A stretch of 8,547 nt of DNA, from contig NW_021828392.1 in the NCBI RefSeq assembly GCF_006345805.1, positions 1-8,547 on the forward strand, in the 5' to 3' direction. The position numbers were made by a program, and so were the translations under genes. This DNA comes from Octopus sinensis (taxonomy: Eukaryota). Below are positions 8,091 to 8,547 of the stretch, one piece after another; position 1 is the stretch's first letter; each line of letters starts with the position of its first letter. The notes below the pieces were generated by a model. That model saw only the letters and a program-made list of their open reading frames with translations, was not told where the DNA came from and ran no database searches.

Positions 8091-8326
8091 CACGTCGTAT
8101 GTTTGTGTATATTTGTTTGTGTGTGTGTGTATGTTTGTACTCCCACCTTGTCAACCGATGATGGTGTGTGTATGTCACTGTAAGGTAGCGGTTCGGCAAA
8201 AGAGAGCGATAAGAATAAGTACTAGGCTTACATAAAAATAAGTCGTGGGGTCGAATATTTTGACTAATTGCGGTACTCCAGCCTGACAGCAGTCAAATCG
8301 ACTGTGGCAAGTAAAAGAATAAAAAG
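8083..8326 (+). mobile_element. 3' half of a SINE-like interspersed repeat (head missing)
   Basis: GAAAGAAGCACGTCGTAT, a GT-rich tract, then ..AACCGATGATGGTG..TAGCGGTTCGGCAAAAGAGA..AGAATAAGTACTAGGCTTAC..GGGGTCGA..GCGGTACTCCAGC..GCAGTCAAAT..AAGTAAAAGAATAAAAAG. This closely resembles, from memory, a very abundant octopus SINE. It ends in an A-rich AAAAGAAT-type tail. Confidence 0.65.
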
Positions 8327-8341
8327 CTATGACATTTCAAT

Positions 8342-8369
8342 CCCGAGCAACGCCGGGTATATCTACTAG
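8342..8369 (+). mobile_element. Helitron-type 3' terminus (GC hairpin plus CTAG)
   Basis: CCCG(A)GC-AAC-GC-CGGG hairpin at 8342-8357, an 8-nt gap, CTAG at 8366-8369, then T. This matches the established Helitron 3' signature (subterminal hairpin, CTRR end, insertion 5' of a T). No 5' terminus identified. Confidence 0.65.
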
Positions 8370-8547
8370 TTATATATAAATTGTTGTTATCACGATTTGT
8401 GATTGTGAAATGAAAAGCTATGATAAAATAATTAAAAAAGTAGAAGAAATTATGATTATGAAACAAAAGAATGTGAATTTGTCGTAACTATACAGTCTAT
8501 TTTAATTTAGTGCTGATCGCGTTGTTTAAAGTGACAAAAGTAAGCTT

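Noticed and set aside
6582-8183. ORFs 6582..6779 (+), 6624..7064 (-) and 7115..7366 (-) as genes; 6892, 7457 and 7983 (+) as separate genes
   Set aside because: The first three are off-frame or antisense shadows of the RT region. The others are fragments of the single decayed retrotransposon ORF.
8322-8423. 11-bp direct repeat AAAAGCTATGA (8322-8332 and 8413-8423) as a target-site duplication
   Set aside because: AT-rich and plausible by chance. Helitrons do not create TSDs, and it does not flank the SINE.
1-8547. CRISPR array, tRNA/rRNA genes or prokaryotic operon
   Set aside because: No regularly spaced repeat-spacer units, no cloverleaf or rRNA motifs; composition and repeats are those of eukaryotic non-coding DNA.

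Overview
AT-rich, microsatellite-dense eukaryotic non-coding DNA with no intact protein-coding gene. The repeat content resembles an octopus or other cephalopod genome; this is recalled from memory, not from a database search. The main features are: (i) a decayed R4/Dong-clade non-LTR retrotransposon (RT plus restriction-like endonuclease) at about 5920-8090, with many stops and frameshifts and loss of the zinc-knuckle region; (ii) a short 5'-truncated 3' end of a different R4/Dong-like family at 3307-3636 ending in (AAT)n; (iii) SINE-like fragments and a Helitron-type 3' terminus; (iv) two unrelated 250-300 bp fold-back elements (1341-1587 and 2955-3260) whose arms carry hammerhead-ribozyme-like motifs reading outward. 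The best candidate for something unusual is the minus-strand type I hammerhead-like fold at about 1380-1490, with a 12-bp helix II capped by a two-hairpin branched insertion. Its helix I is weak, so activity is unproven.
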